This document shows positions 20,591 to 31,462 of a DNA stretch of 64,000 bases, in pieces; position 1 is the stretch's first letter, and every line of letters begins with the position of its first letter. The DNA comes from an uncultured Alphaproteobacteria bacterium. Its GTDB lineage: Bacteria > Pseudomonadota > Alphaproteobacteria > HIMB59. A program made the position numbers and the translations under genes. Location: assembly GCA_902522155.1 (NCBI GenBank), contig CABYUJ010000006.1:6051-70050 (forward strand), in the 5' to 3' direction. The notes below the pieces were generated by a model, which ran no database searches, had not been told where the DNA came from, and saw only the letters and a list, made by a program, of their open reading frames with translations.

Positions 20591-22666
20591 ATGAAGAATA
20601 GCTATATTCCTACAATCTTAAAAGAAAAAATCTCAAAAATGATCTCTATTTCATATGGATTAGGTCTTTTAATAGTCTCTATTATGTCATTACTCGCATT
20701 ACTCACCTTTAGCATTAATGATAATTCTTTCTTAACAAGCACTAGTTACCCGTCACAAAATTTATTAGGTAACTTAGGTTCTTATTATGCAAGTTTCCTA
20801 TTTTACACATTTGGCATTTTAGCATATTTAGTTACATTATTTTTTTTGGTGTTTTCGATACTTGTCTTACTTAAGAAAAATCCGCGCTATCTTTTCATAA
20901 GACTTTTGCTTTTTTTTATCAGTTTAATTTTAATACCACAAATTTTAATCGAGCTAAAAATAGAATTTTTATTTATTGAGTCCATAGAAACATGGGGAGT
21001 TATAGCAAATCAATTATTTGATTTATACACTTTTGATTATTTAAGCTATCTCTTGACTTTTATAGGTCTAATAATCTATCTATTGTCTCAAAACTTTTTT
21101 AAATTTTTTAAGATCACTATACCTAAACTGAATAATATTTTTAAAAGTAGTAATCAGACAAATATACCTAATAATAAAATTAAAAAAGATCCAATTATTA
21201 ATAAAATCGAGATAGAAAGATATGATCAAGAGGGAAATATTGGGAATATTGATGATAAAGAGACCCTACATCAAAAGATAAAATATTTTTCTCCATCACT
21301 GGAAATTTTGGAGGCAAATGATGCATCAGCTAAAAAAAAACTAGATGAGAGTAATATCAAAGAGAATTCAAATTTGCTCGAAAAAGTATTCCAGGACTTT
21401 AATATTGATATACAAGTTATAAATGTAAAGCTTGGACCTGTGGTGACACTATTTGAAATATTACCAGCAGCAGGAATAAAAATAAATACGATCATAAATT
21501 TAGCAGACGATATATCTAGAAGTATGGGTGTTGGAGCAGTGAGAATAGCACAAATTTATGGAACTCAATATTTAGGAGTAGAGGTTCCAAATGAACAAAG
21601 AGAAACAGTAACAATAAAAGAGCTTTTAAGTAATGATAATTTCAAAAATACCTCATCAAAAATACCAATTTGTATTGGCAAGGATATATCCGGAAATATA
21701 GAGGTCATAGATCTTAGCAAAACACCTCATTTGCTTGTAGCAGGTACAACTGGTTCTGGAAAATCTGTTTTTATAAATACCTTGCTTACAAGTATTTTAT
21801 ATAAATTTTCTCCAGATGATTTGCGTTTAATATTAATTGATCCAAAAATGTTAGAACTAAGTGTTTATAATGACATTGCCCATTTGTTAACACCTGTTGT
21901 GACAGAACCAAAAAAAGCAATCTTAGCTCTTAAATGGGTTTGTAAAGAGATGGAACGTAGATACTCCCTTATGAATGAAGAAAACACTAGAAGCCTTGAA
22001 GGTTATAATCAAAAGTCAATTGAGAAGCTTCCTTATATAGTAGTTTTCATTGATGAAATGGCGGATCTGATGATGACTGCTGGCAAAGAGGTTGAGCATT
22101 ACGTCCAAAGACTTGCTCAAATGGCAAGAGCTTGTGGGATACACCTAGTCATGGCTACTCAAAGGCCAAGTGTTGATATTATTACAGGTAGTATAAAAGC
22201 TAATTTTCCCTCAAGAATTAGTTTTCAAGTAGCCAGTAAGTACGACAGTAGAACTGTGCTTGGAGAAATTGGGGCAGAACAATTACTTGGTAACGGTGAT
22301 ATGCTTATGTCAAAAAATGGAGGCAACTTAATTCGATATCAATCTGCTTTTATCTCAGATAATGAGGTTAATAAATTGATTAAAGAAATTAAAAAAAGTC
22401 AGGAAGTTAGATATTTAGATGAACTTGATGAAATTATAAAGAACAATGATGAGAATTTTGACACTTTGAGCGATGAAGATGAAGCATTGATAAGCAAATC
22501 AATCGATCTTATTAAATCAACCAACAAAGCCTCAACCAGTTACTTACAAAGGAATTTTCAAGTAGGATATAATAAAGCTGCAAGGATTATGGAGGCACTA
22601 GAACAAAGAGGAATAGTGTCACCACCAAACCATGCAGGCAAAAGAGAAATATTAATTAATCAGTAG
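20591..22666 (+). CDS. ftsK: DNA translocase FtsK
   Basis: N-terminal TMs, GTTGSGKS, ATQRPSVD, gamma domain GYNKAAR. Confidence 0.97.
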   Translation: MKNSYIPTILKEKISKMISISYGLGLLIVSIMSLLALLTFSINDNSFLTSTSYPSQNLLGNLGSYYASFLFYTFGILAYLVTLFFLVFSILVLLKKNPRYLFIRLLLFFISLILIPQILIELKIEFLFIESIETWGVIANQLFDLYTFDYLSYLLTFIGLIIYLLSQNFFKFFKITIPKLNNIFKSSNQTNIPNNKIKKDPIINKIEIERYDQEGNIGNIDDKETLHQKIKYFSPSLEILEANDASAKKKLDESNIKENSNLLEKVFQDFNIDIQVINVKLGPVVTLFEILPAAGIKINTIINLADDISRSMGVGAVRIAQIYGTQYLGVEVPNEQRETVTIKELLSNDNFKNTSSKIPICIGKDISGNIEVIDLSKTPHLLVAGTTGSGKSVFINTLLTSILYKFSPDDLRLILIDPKMLELSVYNDIAHLLTPVVTEPKKAILALKWVCKEMERRYSLMNEENTRSLEGYNQKSIEKLPYIVVFIDEMADLMMTAGKEVEHYVQRLAQMARACGIHLVMATQRPSVDIITGSIKANFPSRISFQVASKYDSRTVLGEIGAEQLLGNGDMLMSKNGGNLIRYQSAFISDNEVNKLIKEIKKSQEVRYLDELDEIIKNNDENFDTLSDEDEALISKSIDLIKSTNKASTSYLQRNFQVGYNKAARIMEALEQRGIVSPPNHAGKREILINQ

Positions 22667-23176
22667 TTTAAGTGTCTTATCTTGTGATTGAAAGTTTGCT
22701 GTTATACCCAAATCTTTCTTAAGTTGGTTTTTCAAATTTGTGAGATGGGTATCCAACTTATTAATTGATATATCTTTGTCTTTTTTCCAAATTAACCGAT
22801 ATAGTTTATCTTTATTAATACCAGATTTAGAGGTAATTAAGTTAGAGAATATAGTATTTTGGATATCACTAAGAAGAGATTTGTGAGATTTTTTTGATAA
22901 AACTCTTTGATAAGGATAATAATCATATTCATTATTAGAGATCTTAATATCAGAAATTATTCTTAATATTTGACCAAAGAAAAAATTAATATCCATTGGC
23001 ATTGAAAATTGTTCTTTCTTGCCATTGCAATCTAAATTGAGATTATTATCTTTAATTTTAATTTTTATATATGCAAAAAACATATCTGAACTGTTTTCAT
23101 TAATCATATTTTTTTGAAGTAATAATTTATTGAGAACAGTACTAAAAAATTCGTCTTTACATGTAATTTTTATCAA
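22652..23176 (-). CDS. Degenerate OmpR-type winged-helix domain protein
   Basis: C-terminal LYRLIW...INKLDTHLTNLK resembles the OmpR HTH. Confidence 0.5.
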   Translation of the reverse strand: MIKITCKDEFFSTVLNKLLLQKNMINENSSDMFFAYIKIKIKDNNLNLDCNGKKEQFSMPMDINFFFGQILRIISDIKISNNEYDYYPYQRVLSKKSHKSLLSDIQNTIFSNLITSKSGINKDKLYRLIWKKDKDISINKLDTHLTNLKNQLKKDLGITANFQSQDKTLKLLIN

Positions 23177-23179
23177 AGT

Positions 23180-23656
23180 CTATTGGCTAACTTTCACAAA
23201 ATTAAAATGATTAAAATACTTGTCGTGAATATTTTCAAACCTACAATTTATCAAATTTATACTGACATTAATTTTTTCTGAGTTAATTGATACTCTTTTA
23301 ATAAATTTGTTGCTACTTTTTTCAACGATTATATTTGTATTTTCGTGATTATATGACTTTTTTAAATTAGGATATTCAGATGCAATGTTCATAAACATTT
23401 CTAAAATTTCTGTATTATCATTTATTTTTGAAACATTATTTTGATGGGCTTGGTTAACTAAAAAGAAGCTTCCATTTTTAGCGATAATAGTAAATAAATT
23501 TTTGTCGAAATACTCATATCTAAGCTTTTGGTTTTTCAAAAAAAATAATCCTTGATGAACTTCTCCATTACCATAAACCTCTTCAAAATTACATTTTACC
23601 TCAATAGCGTATAAGATATTTACTTGTAATAAAAAAATAACTAAGAATTTATTCAT
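23180..23656 (-). CDS. lolA: Outer-membrane lipoprotein carrier LolA-like
   Basis: Signal peptide; F.E..GE...G.F....KLRYEY...IIA..G. Confidence 0.55.
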   Translation of the reverse strand: MNKFLVIFLLQVNILYAIEVKCNFEEVYGNGEVHQGLFFLKNQKLRYEYFDKNLFTIIAKNGSFFLVNQAHQNNVSKINDNTEILEMFMNIASEYPNLKKSYNHENTNIIVEKSSNKFIKRVSINSEKINVSINLINCRFENIHDKYFNHFNFVKVSQ

Positions 23657-24285
23657 TTGAATATTTTTGAGCCAATCCTTACCATGTCTGATTTTAATGA
23701 TAGCGCTATTTCATAGTCATTACTCATACCCATGCTTAAAGTTAAACTTTTATCAATATTATCTCTTAAATAACTCATTTTTTTAAAGTATTTGTCAGGT
23801 TTCTCATCAAATGGTGGAATACACATTAGGCCAGATATTTTTAAGTTTTCAGATATTGCATAGTCATATAGATCTTTAGTTTCATTCAAAGAGACACCAG
23901 CTTTTTGAGACTCTTCACCGATATTTACTTGTATGAAAAAATCCCTTGTCTTTAAATTACTATCTGAATTTATATGTTTAGAAATTTCTTTAACTAGTTT
24001 TGGCCTGTCAATACTTTGTATTGTATCAAATAATGTCAATGCTAGTTTGACTTTATTAGTTTGAAGAGGACCAATTAAATGAAGTTTTATATTGTGTTCA
24101 TCTAAATCACTAAATTTTTCATCAGCCTCTTGAACTCTATTTTCACCAAATAATGAGTAACCTTCATCAATTAATGATTTAATAATAGACTGTGGTCTAT
24201 TTTTTGTAACTAAAAGCAAAGAGGCGTTAGGATATTTTTTGACATTAACGCTTATTCTATTTAGTTCGTCATAATTAATTTTCAA
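23653..24285 (-). CDS. yggS: PLP homeostasis protein YggS
   Basis: VTK, FGENRVQE, HLIGPLQTNK, LSMGMSNDY. Confidence 0.95.
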   Translation of the reverse strand: MKINYDELNRISVNVKKYPNASLLLVTKNRPQSIIKSLIDEGYSLFGENRVQEADEKFSDLDEHNIKLHLIGPLQTNKVKLALTLFDTIQSIDRPKLVKEISKHINSDSNLKTRDFFIQVNIGEESQKAGVSLNETKDLYDYAISENLKISGLMCIPPFDEKPDKYFKKMSYLRDNIDKSLTLSMGMSNDYEIALSLKSDMVRIGSKIFK

Positions 24286-24293
24286 TTGATTAA

Positions 24294-25250
24294 CTATCCA
24301 TTAAAATTAAATTTATTTAAAATATCACCTATATATTTTTCTATAAACTTTTTTTCTTTTTGTGAGATGTTTATTTCAATAGTTTCATTGACGGGAGGCG
24401 ATTGGTCAATAAAACTTTTGATTAAATTATAGTCCATTTTTATCTTTGAGCCTGACTGGATAAAGTGAAGTATAACTGAACTTAAAATATCAAAGGTATT
24501 TTGAACTAGGTCTTTTTTTAGAATAATTTTGCCGTTTAATGAGTTTGTCACATTAGGGTCAATCCAGCTCAAAGTATGGGTATGCCACCCTTGTTTATTC
24601 ATCTCAACATCAACATTATCAATTTGTATGGATGAACTTTGGTTATCTAAATTTAAAAAAATATTTTGTGCGAGGTTCTTATTATCTTTAAATATATTTT
24701 TTATTTTTTGATAAACAATATATGGATTATCAATAATATATATATAAGAGTTTGTTAGGGTATTTTTGCTGAAATTAAAATTATTTTTGGTTGAAAAAAA
24801 AGGCAAATTATTTTTGAGAAATATTATAGGATCTGTATTTTCTTGCAAAATTAAATATTGATAAATATATGATCGATCAACAAAATCTGAGAAAGTGATA
24901 TTTTCAATATTTGATATATTTTTAAGAGTAGATATTAATTTTTCCTCATAATGACAAATTTCTCCACTAGTTAATTCTATGTTCCTATTGTAAAAATTTA
25001 AAAAATCAGAGATATAAGCTGTGTCCTCTTGCATAAATGAGTTCAGCCAGATTATTTTTGATTTAAAAATATCATTTGTATTATGCAAAATGGCTGAATT
25101 ACCTAAATTTAATAACAATTTGAGATACATACTATGGTTACTTTTTAACTTTTCTAAATGATCAAAGAATTCAGAATAATTATTTGTTGAAATAAAATCT
25201 TCAAGTATTCTTAAATTGTATTGATATTTAATATTAGTTAAAACTGACAT
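24294..25250 (-). CDS. Degenerate sulfotransferase-fold protein (start probably 25250 or 25265)
   Basis: IIWLNSF, YIYIIDNP and GWHTHTLSW parallel the IIWLASYPKSG, IYIVRDP and W..H..SW sulfotransferase motifs. Confidence 0.55.
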   Translation of the reverse strand: MSVLTNIKYQYNLRILEDFISTNNYSEFFDHLEKLKSNHSMYLKLLLNLGNSAILHNTNDIFKSKIIWLNSFMQEDTAYISDFLNFYNRNIELTSGEICHYEEKLISTLKNISNIENITFSDFVDRSYIYQYLILQENTDPIIFLKNNLPFFSTKNNFNFSKNTLTNSYIYIIDNPYIVYQKIKNIFKDNKNLAQNIFLNLDNQSSSIQIDNVDVEMNKQGWHTHTLSWIDPNVTNSLNGKIILKKDLVQNTFDILSSVILHFIQSGSKIKMDYNLIKSFIDQSPPVNETIEINISQKEKKFIEKYIGDILNKFNFNG

Positions 25251-25279
25251 AATTACATTTAACATACTATATTGATCCA

Positions 25280-26920
25280 ATGAAAAATGAAATTTCAAAT
25301 GTGCTAAATCTTATTGAAAGTGGTGATACCTATAAGGCATTACAAAATGCTAAATCATTTTATGAAAAAAATAAGAACAACATAGACGCTATCAAATTAT
25401 TAGCTTACTCAAATATTCAAATAGGTAATTTTGAAAAAGTCATTGAAGTATTAAAGGGTGGTTACGGTAAAAGAGAAGATCTAAGAGATTTCGACTATTA
25501 CAATAATATGGGCTATGCGTTATCACAAATAGAAGAATTTGGTGAAGCTATATCTTATTTAAAAAAAGCATTGAAAGTTAATGATGATCCAAGCACTAAA
25601 TCTTGTTTAGCTGAAATTTTTTTAAAGAAAAGAGAATTTGAGGAAGCTAGAAAGATTGTATTAGCAGCTTTAGAAGCTGTAAAAAAAAAAGGTAACGATA
25701 CTTTTAGCCAATACATAAATGTGTTTCTTTTAATTTCAGAAATCAATGGTGCGTTAGGAAAAGATGAAGAGACAGTAACCTTATTTAATGAAATTTTACA
25801 AGATAAATTTAATGAAAATATATTTTTTCTACTATCTTACATTGACCCAAAATTAATTGAAAAGAAATACATTGAAAAGGCAGAAAATTTAATAATAAGA
25901 AACGAGAATAAATATAAGAGTAAATTGGAGAGATTTTATTTTGTAACACCTCTTTATTTTGGTTTAGCAATGTACTATCAGTCAAAAGATAAAAAAAAAT
26001 CTGAAGAATTCTTTGATTATGGAAATAAAGAAATTTTCACGACTAGTAGATACAACTCACACCAGTACCAAGAAAGAATTGTAAAAACAATGGATCTTTA
26101 CATAAAAAAATATAAATCGTTTGATGAAGAGGATAGAGATCAAGGAAGAAAAAATTTCTTTATTGTAGGGTCCCCCAGATCAGGAACTACTTTGATTGAG
26201 TCTGTAGTTACAGCAAATGATAAAGTTTTTTCAGGTGGAGAGTTAAAAAGTGGAAAAGATTTAATAGAAAAAAATGTTTTATCTAGGGAACAAAGTTTTA
26301 GTGACTTAAATCATAAATTCATATCAAAATATATTAGAAGAACGTCCTACTTAAGGGGTAATTATGACTATATTGTTGATAAAATGCCTGAGAATTTTTT
26401 ATACACAGGCTTGATACAAAAACTATTGCCTAAATCAAAAATAATTCGAATATTCAGACATCCCTGGGATACAGCAATATCTCTCTACAAACAACGTTAC
26501 GTGGTGAATATACCCTATAGTGTTAGTTTTTTTAATATTGGTATATTTCTCGCAAATTTTGAGGCAATCAATTTGTTTTGGGATGAACATATCAAAAGCA
26601 AAAAAAATATTCTTGATATAAAATATGAAGACCTTGTATCAAACTTTGTTCTTAATCAAAAAATAATTTATGATTTTCTCGAAATTGAGGCTAGATATGA
26701 TGAAAAGATGAGAAATGAATTTTTTTCTCCAACAGCGAGCACGCGTCAAGTCAAAGAGGTTGTTCATCAAAAATCAATCAAAAAAGATGAGTTCTCACAT
26801 CATAAAGCTGAATTCATTGATGCTTTTTTGATGCAACGTGAATACTGGTCAACAAAAAATATTACCCCCAAAGATGATAGTTTTTTTGGTTATTCATTAA
26901 AAAATCATTGGAATACATAG
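25280..26920 (+). CDS. TPR-repeat sulfotransferase
   Basis: TPRs then FIVGSPRSGTTL, DKMPENF, RHPWD..S, KYEDLV, TAS..QV. Confidence 0.88.
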   Translation: MKNEISNVLNLIESGDTYKALQNAKSFYEKNKNNIDAIKLLAYSNIQIGNFEKVIEVLKGGYGKREDLRDFDYYNNMGYALSQIEEFGEAISYLKKALKVNDDPSTKSCLAEIFLKKREFEEARKIVLAALEAVKKKGNDTFSQYINVFLLISEINGALGKDEETVTLFNEILQDKFNENIFFLLSYIDPKLIEKKYIEKAENLIIRNENKYKSKLERFYFVTPLYFGLAMYYQSKDKKKSEEFFDYGNKEIFTTSRYNSHQYQERIVKTMDLYIKKYKSFDEEDRDQGRKNFFIVGSPRSGTTLIESVVTANDKVFSGGELKSGKDLIEKNVLSREQSFSDLNHKFISKYIRRTSYLRGNYDYIVDKMPENFLYTGLIQKLLPKSKIIRIFRHPWDTAISLYKQRYVVNIPYSVSFFNIGIFLANFEAINLFWDEHIKSKKNILDIKYEDLVSNFVLNQKIIYDFLEIEARYDEKMRNEFFSPTASTRQVKEVVHQKSIKKDEFSHHKAEFIDAFLMQREYWSTKNITPKDDSFFGYSLKNHWNT

Positions 26921-26927
26921 TTTTTTG

Positions 26928-26949
26928 TTTGTTGCATTTATGCAACAAA
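26928..26949. promoter_or_regulatory. Palindromic operator-like site upstream of porin
   Basis: TTTGTTGCAT-TT-ATGCAACAAA, perfect 10-bp inverted repeat about 100 bp before the ATG. Confidence 0.55.
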
Positions 26950-27047
26950 ATTTAAAAAAACTAGCAAATAAGACTATTTTAGATGATTAATTTCAAGATA
27001 TAGAGAATATATAAATCGATTAATATTAATCTCGAAAGGATTATTAA

Positions 27048-27980
27048 ATGAAAAAAATCAAATACTTATTGTCTGCAATACCTGCTGCATTATTTGCAAC
27101 AAGTGCTCAAGCAGACATTTCAGTGAGTGGTAGTGCTACTGCTGCATACACTGATGCTGGTGGTAATACTTCAGCAACTTACGGTGGTGGTGTTTCATTC
27201 GCAATGTCAACTACTACTGACGGCGGTGTAACAGTTTCTGCTTCATCTGCTATTTCTAATGACTCTGACTCTGTAGGAAGTGGCGGAGCTGCTTCAGGTG
27301 TTACAGCTCTTACATTTGGTTTCTCAGGCGGTTCAATCACAATTGGTGGTGACGTTGGAACTCCAGATGGCGTAGGTAAAGTTGGTGAGTTAGTTGCATA
27401 TGCTGATGACAACCAAGTTGCAAAAGATAATGTTGTTGGTCTTACAGAAGATGAAGGTGATGGAATTTCATTATCTACAACTGTAGGTGACATGTCTATT
27501 ACTGCTGTTTATGTTTACGATGGTGGTGGTGCTGGTAACATCGATGGTGCTACAAACACTGCACAGGGTGCTTCTTTATCAATGGCTGTTGGCGGAGGTA
27601 CATTAACTCTTGCTCACGCTAGCGAAGAAAGAGGTAGTACAAGCAATAATGAGTTTGGTGCAAGTTATGTAATGTCTGCTGCTGGTGGAACACTTTCATT
27701 AGGTTTCACAGGAACTGAAGGTGACACAGCTACTAAAGAAGGTGAAGCTGTATCTCTTGCTTACTCAACATCACTTGGTGGTGCTGATGTAGCTATTGGT
27801 TACACAGGTCACGACGCTAACACAAAATCTGCAAACCAAACAGACATAACAATTTCAAGCTCACTTGGTGGTGGTGCATCAATATTCGGAGAATACACAA
27901 ACGTATCTGGAGATATTGCTGCTAATTCAACAACCAAAGATGCTTCTGTTCTTGCTCTAGGTACAAGCATAAGCTTCTAA
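27048..27980 (+). CDS. Outer-membrane porin
   Basis: Signal peptide ending AQA, Gly/Ser/Thr-rich beta strands, C-terminal Phe; porin-DUF3576-leuS synteny. Confidence 0.88.
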   Translation: MKKIKYLLSAIPAALFATSAQADISVSGSATAAYTDAGGNTSATYGGGVSFAMSTTTDGGVTVSASSAISNDSDSVGSGGAASGVTALTFGFSGGSITIGGDVGTPDGVGKVGELVAYADDNQVAKDNVVGLTEDEGDGISLSTTVGDMSITAVYVYDGGGAGNIDGATNTAQGASLSMAVGGGTLTLAHASEERGSTSNNEFGASYVMSAAGGTLSLGFTGTEGDTATKEGEAVSLAYSTSLGGADVAIGYTGHDANTKSANQTDITISSSLGGGASIFGEYTNVSGDIAANSTTKDASVLALGTSISF

Positions 27981-28006
27981 TACCTTTAAGAGTAAAAAAT
28001 TTAAGG

Positions 28007-28037
28007 ACCAGGGGTAAAACACCCCTGGTTTTTTTTT
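28007..28037 (+). terminator. Rho-independent terminator
   Basis: ACCAGGGGT-AAAAC-ACCCCTGGT followed by a T-run. Confidence 0.9.
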
Positions 28038-28074
28038 GTTTAATTTTCATAAAATTGATCTAATTTAACGATAA

Positions 28075-28632
28075 ATGTTGAGATACATAACTATACTAAT
28101 AACATCAATATTCATTTACAGTTGTACTGGTAATCATGATCAAAGGATGGCTGAACTTGATGAGACTTTCGGTTGTAAAGACCCTCATAAAAACTTAAGT
28201 GAAAGAAAGATGAGAGAATGCCTAGCAAAGGAAAGGGCAGATGGAGAGTCACTTTTTAATCTTACTGAAGACTTCAATAAGCTAATTGGTCAAGACTCCA
28301 CTGTGGTATATCAGAATTCAGTAAATCCTTATTTATGGAATGCAGGACTTGAAGTGACCAAAACATATCCTTTAAAAATAGCAGATAACCAAGGAGGCTT
28401 TATTGAGACAGAGTGGATACGTGACTCAATTGACACAAATCACAGATGTCTTATAAAGATACAAATAACATCAAGAGAGCTCATTACCACTGGTGTAAAA
28501 TCAAATTTTTTGTGTGAAACAAAACAGGGTAATGAATGGATATCAGATAACAAAGAATATTTGCAAGAGGAAAATCAAATTACTCTAAAAATTTTAGACA
28601 TTGCAGGCAATTTAGCTAAAACATCTTTGTAG
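28075..28632 (+). CDS. DUF3576 lipoprotein
   Basis: Lipobox IYSC; VNPYLWNA.L...PL..AD..GG.I.TEW. Confidence 0.85.
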   Translation: MLRYITILITSIFIYSCTGNHDQRMAELDETFGCKDPHKNLSERKMRECLAKERADGESLFNLTEDFNKLIGQDSTVVYQNSVNPYLWNAGLEVTKTYPLKIADNQGGFIETEWIRDSIDTNHRCLIKIQITSRELITTGVKSNFLCETKQGNEWISDNKEYLQEENQITLKILDIAGNLAKTSL

Positions 28633-28641
28633 ATATATTCA

Positions 28642-31008
28642 GTGACATCTAAAAAATATATTTTAGAAATGTTTCCCTACCCCTCTGGGAACATTCACAT
28701 GGGCCACGTCAGAAATTATGTGATTGGAGATATAAACGCTCGTTACCACAAATTAAAAGGAGATGATGTCATTCATCCAATGGGATGGGATGCTTTTGGT
28801 CTGCCCGCTGAAAATGCAGCAATACAATTTAATACACATCCACAAGACTGGACTATGAAAAATATTCAAAATATGAAAGATCAACTTCAAAAACTGGATC
28901 TAGATCTAAATTGGGATAGAGAACTCGCTACTTGTAATCAAGATTATTACAGATATCAGCAAGAACTGTTTATTGACTTTTATAATGCTGATCTTGCTTA
29001 CAAAAAAGATGCATTGGTAAATTGGGATCCTGTTGATCAAACTGTTTTAGCTAATGAGCAAGTAATAGATGGTAAAGGATGGAGAACTGGTGCAAAAGTG
29101 GAAAAGAAAAATTTGTCACAATGGTTTTTTAGAATAACTAATTATGCCGATGAACTGTTAAATGATTTAGATAAATTAAAACTATGGCCAGAAAAGGTAA
29201 AAACAATGCAAAGAAACTGGATTGGGAAATCAATTGGGGCTGAAATAAAATTTAAAATTCATGAAAATAGTGATTACTTGAATATTTTTACGACAAGACC
29301 TGACACAATTTATGGAGCTACCTTCATTGCAGTATCAATAAACCATCCAATTGTGAAAAAGAGCTTAGATGAGAAATTGATAAGCAAAATAAAGAAAGAA
29401 TTTGGAGAAATCGATAATGATAAAGATAAAATTGGGTTTCAGATGCCTATCCATTGCGATCATCCAATTATAGATAAAAAGATACCTGTATTTATTGCAA
29501 ATTTTGTCCTTGATACATATGGGGAGGGGGCAATATTTGGATGCCCAGCTCATGATGAGAGAGATTACGAATTTGCTAAAAAATATTCTTTACCAATAAT
29601 AAAAGTTATTGAATGTAAAGATGAAAGCCTTCCTTATAATGGAGATGGAGTTGTAATTAATTCACCATTATTAGATGGTTTAAAGAAAGATAATGCTATC
29701 AAAGAAATAATTAAGATTTTTAAAAAAGATAATATTGGTAAAGAAAAAATAAACTATAAAATTAGAGATTGGGGAGTTTCTAGACAAAGATATTGGGGGT
29801 GTCCTATACCGGCAATATATTATGAGGACGGTACTTACAGAGTATTGGACAAAGAGGAACTACCTGTGATTTTGCCATATGATGTTAATTTAAAAGGAAA
29901 AGGCAATGCTCTTCTTAATATGGAAGATTGGAGGAAGATCGTATGCCCTAAAACAAATAAAGTTGCCTATAGAGAAACAGATACGTTGGATACTTTTGTT
30001 GACTCCTCATGGTACTATATTCGCTTTCTAGATAATAAACTAGAAAAACCATTTAATGCAGAAAAAGTTAATAAGTTACTGCCTGTTGACAAATATATCG
30101 GTGGTATAGAGCACGCTATATTGCACCTTTTATACTCTCGATTTTTTATGAAAGCTCTCAGAGATATTTATGACTTGAAAGTTGATGAGCCTTTTAAGCA
30201 ACTTTTTACTCAAGGTATGATTACTCACAAAACATATAGAACAGAAAAAAATGAGTGGGTTATGCCTAAAGAAGTTATATCTAAAGATAAAAAATTATTA
30301 AGAATTCATACTAAGGAACTAATTGAAGAGGGGCCGAGTGAAAAAATGTCTAAGTCGAAGAAAAATGTAATAGAACCAGACGAAATTCTTGATAGTTACG
30401 GAATTGATGCTACTAGAATTTTCATGATATCAGACTCCCCCCCGGATAGAGAACTTGAGTGGACAGACGAGGGTATTCAAAGTTCAAAAAATTTAGTTAA
30501 CAGAATTGAGAGATATTTTTTAAAAGAGAAGACTGTTATTAGTACTGAAACAGAAAAGAAAGTAGAAAAATTCATATATGACATTGAAAAGAACATTTTG
30601 GAGTTTTCTCTAAATAAATGTGTTGCTGATATATACACATTATTTAATTACTTGGAAAAAAATCAGATATATCTTTATGACAGCAACTTAAGTAAAAAAA
30701 TTCTCATTTGTTTATTCCCTGTACTACCTAGATTATCAAAAAAGATTAGCACAAGTTTGTTTAAATCTGAGAAACTAGGTAATTGGCCTGAGGTCAATGA
30801 TGAATTATTAGTTGAAAATAAAATTAACCTACCAATTCAAGTTCAAGGGAAATTGGTAACTACATTCGAGACAGTCAAAGGCTATGAAGAAAAAGATGTT
30901 TTAAAATCTATCTATCAATTAGACAAAATTAAAAATAAAATAGAAAATAAAAAAATATTAAGGATCATAAATGTTCAAGATAAAATTATTAATATTATTA
31001 TTAAGTAG
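28642..31008 (+). CDS. leuS: Leucine--tRNA ligase
   Basis: MFPYPSG.IHMGH, TTRPDT, KMSKS. Confidence 0.97.
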   Translation: MTSKKYILEMFPYPSGNIHMGHVRNYVIGDINARYHKLKGDDVIHPMGWDAFGLPAENAAIQFNTHPQDWTMKNIQNMKDQLQKLDLDLNWDRELATCNQDYYRYQQELFIDFYNADLAYKKDALVNWDPVDQTVLANEQVIDGKGWRTGAKVEKKNLSQWFFRITNYADELLNDLDKLKLWPEKVKTMQRNWIGKSIGAEIKFKIHENSDYLNIFTTRPDTIYGATFIAVSINHPIVKKSLDEKLISKIKKEFGEIDNDKDKIGFQMPIHCDHPIIDKKIPVFIANFVLDTYGEGAIFGCPAHDERDYEFAKKYSLPIIKVIECKDESLPYNGDGVVINSPLLDGLKKDNAIKEIIKIFKKDNIGKEKINYKIRDWGVSRQRYWGCPIPAIYYEDGTYRVLDKEELPVILPYDVNLKGKGNALLNMEDWRKIVCPKTNKVAYRETDTLDTFVDSSWYYIRFLDNKLEKPFNAEKVNKLLPVDKYIGGIEHAILHLLYSRFFMKALRDIYDLKVDEPFKQLFTQGMITHKTYRTEKNEWVMPKEVISKDKKLLRIHTKELIEEGPSEKMSKSKKNVIEPDEILDSYGIDATRIFMISDSPPDRELEWTDEGIQSSKNLVNRIERYFLKEKTVISTETEKKVEKFIYDIEKNILEFSLNKCVADIYTLFNYLEKNQIYLYDSNLSKKILICLFPVLPRLSKKISTSLFKSEKLGNWPEVNDELLVENKINLPIQVQGKLVTTFETVKGYEEKDVLKSIYQLDKIKNKIENKKILRIINVQDKIINIIIK

Positions 31009-31462
31009 CCTAACTTTTTTATCGTGTACTAATAATCAACCAAATAGCCAGTTTAAATTTTCTGTTGGATATATTGGTGGTGAATACGATGGTCTTATAT
31101 TGACAAATTTATTGAACTCGCACTTAAAAAACTTAAATATGCTAGATGAAAAATCTAGATATCAAATACAATCTGGTATTTCTCACTCTCAGAATGTATA
31201 TGTGACAAACATTGATAACACATCTGACAGAGAAAAAATAAGAAGTTCCATCGATTTAAAAATTTATGACAAAAACTCAAAATGCTATCTTTATTCTTAT
31301 TCTGATGAAATTTCTCAATTTTATATTCTAGCTTCAAGTGATAGTTTTAATAGTAACAAGATAGCTATAGATAAGATTAAACGTGAAAACACGGAATATT
31401 TTGTAAAGAAATTTATTAATGAATTTAATAGTAAAAATTTAGAGTGTAGTGATGAAAAATAA
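30971..31462 (+). CDS. lptE: LptE-like lipoprotein
   Basis: Lipobox FLSC; leuS-lptE-holA synteny. Confidence 0.6.
   Translation: MFKIKLLILLLSSLTFLSCTNNQPNSQFKFSVGYIGGEYDGLILTNLLNSHLKNLNMLDEKSRYQIQSGISHSQNVYVTNIDNTSDREKIRSSIDLKIYDKNSKCYLYSYSDEISQFYILASSDSFNSNKIAIDKIKRENTEYFVKKFINEFNSKNLECSDEK

Noticed and set aside
25257-25284. XerD-arm-like ATTTAACATAC
   Set aside because: No XerC arm at 6-bp spacing, and the region is origin-proximal
27048-27980. Higher-GC, GGT/GCT-rich stretch as foreign or repetitive DNA
   Set aside because: Explained by the Gly/Ala/Ser/Thr composition of a highly expressed porin
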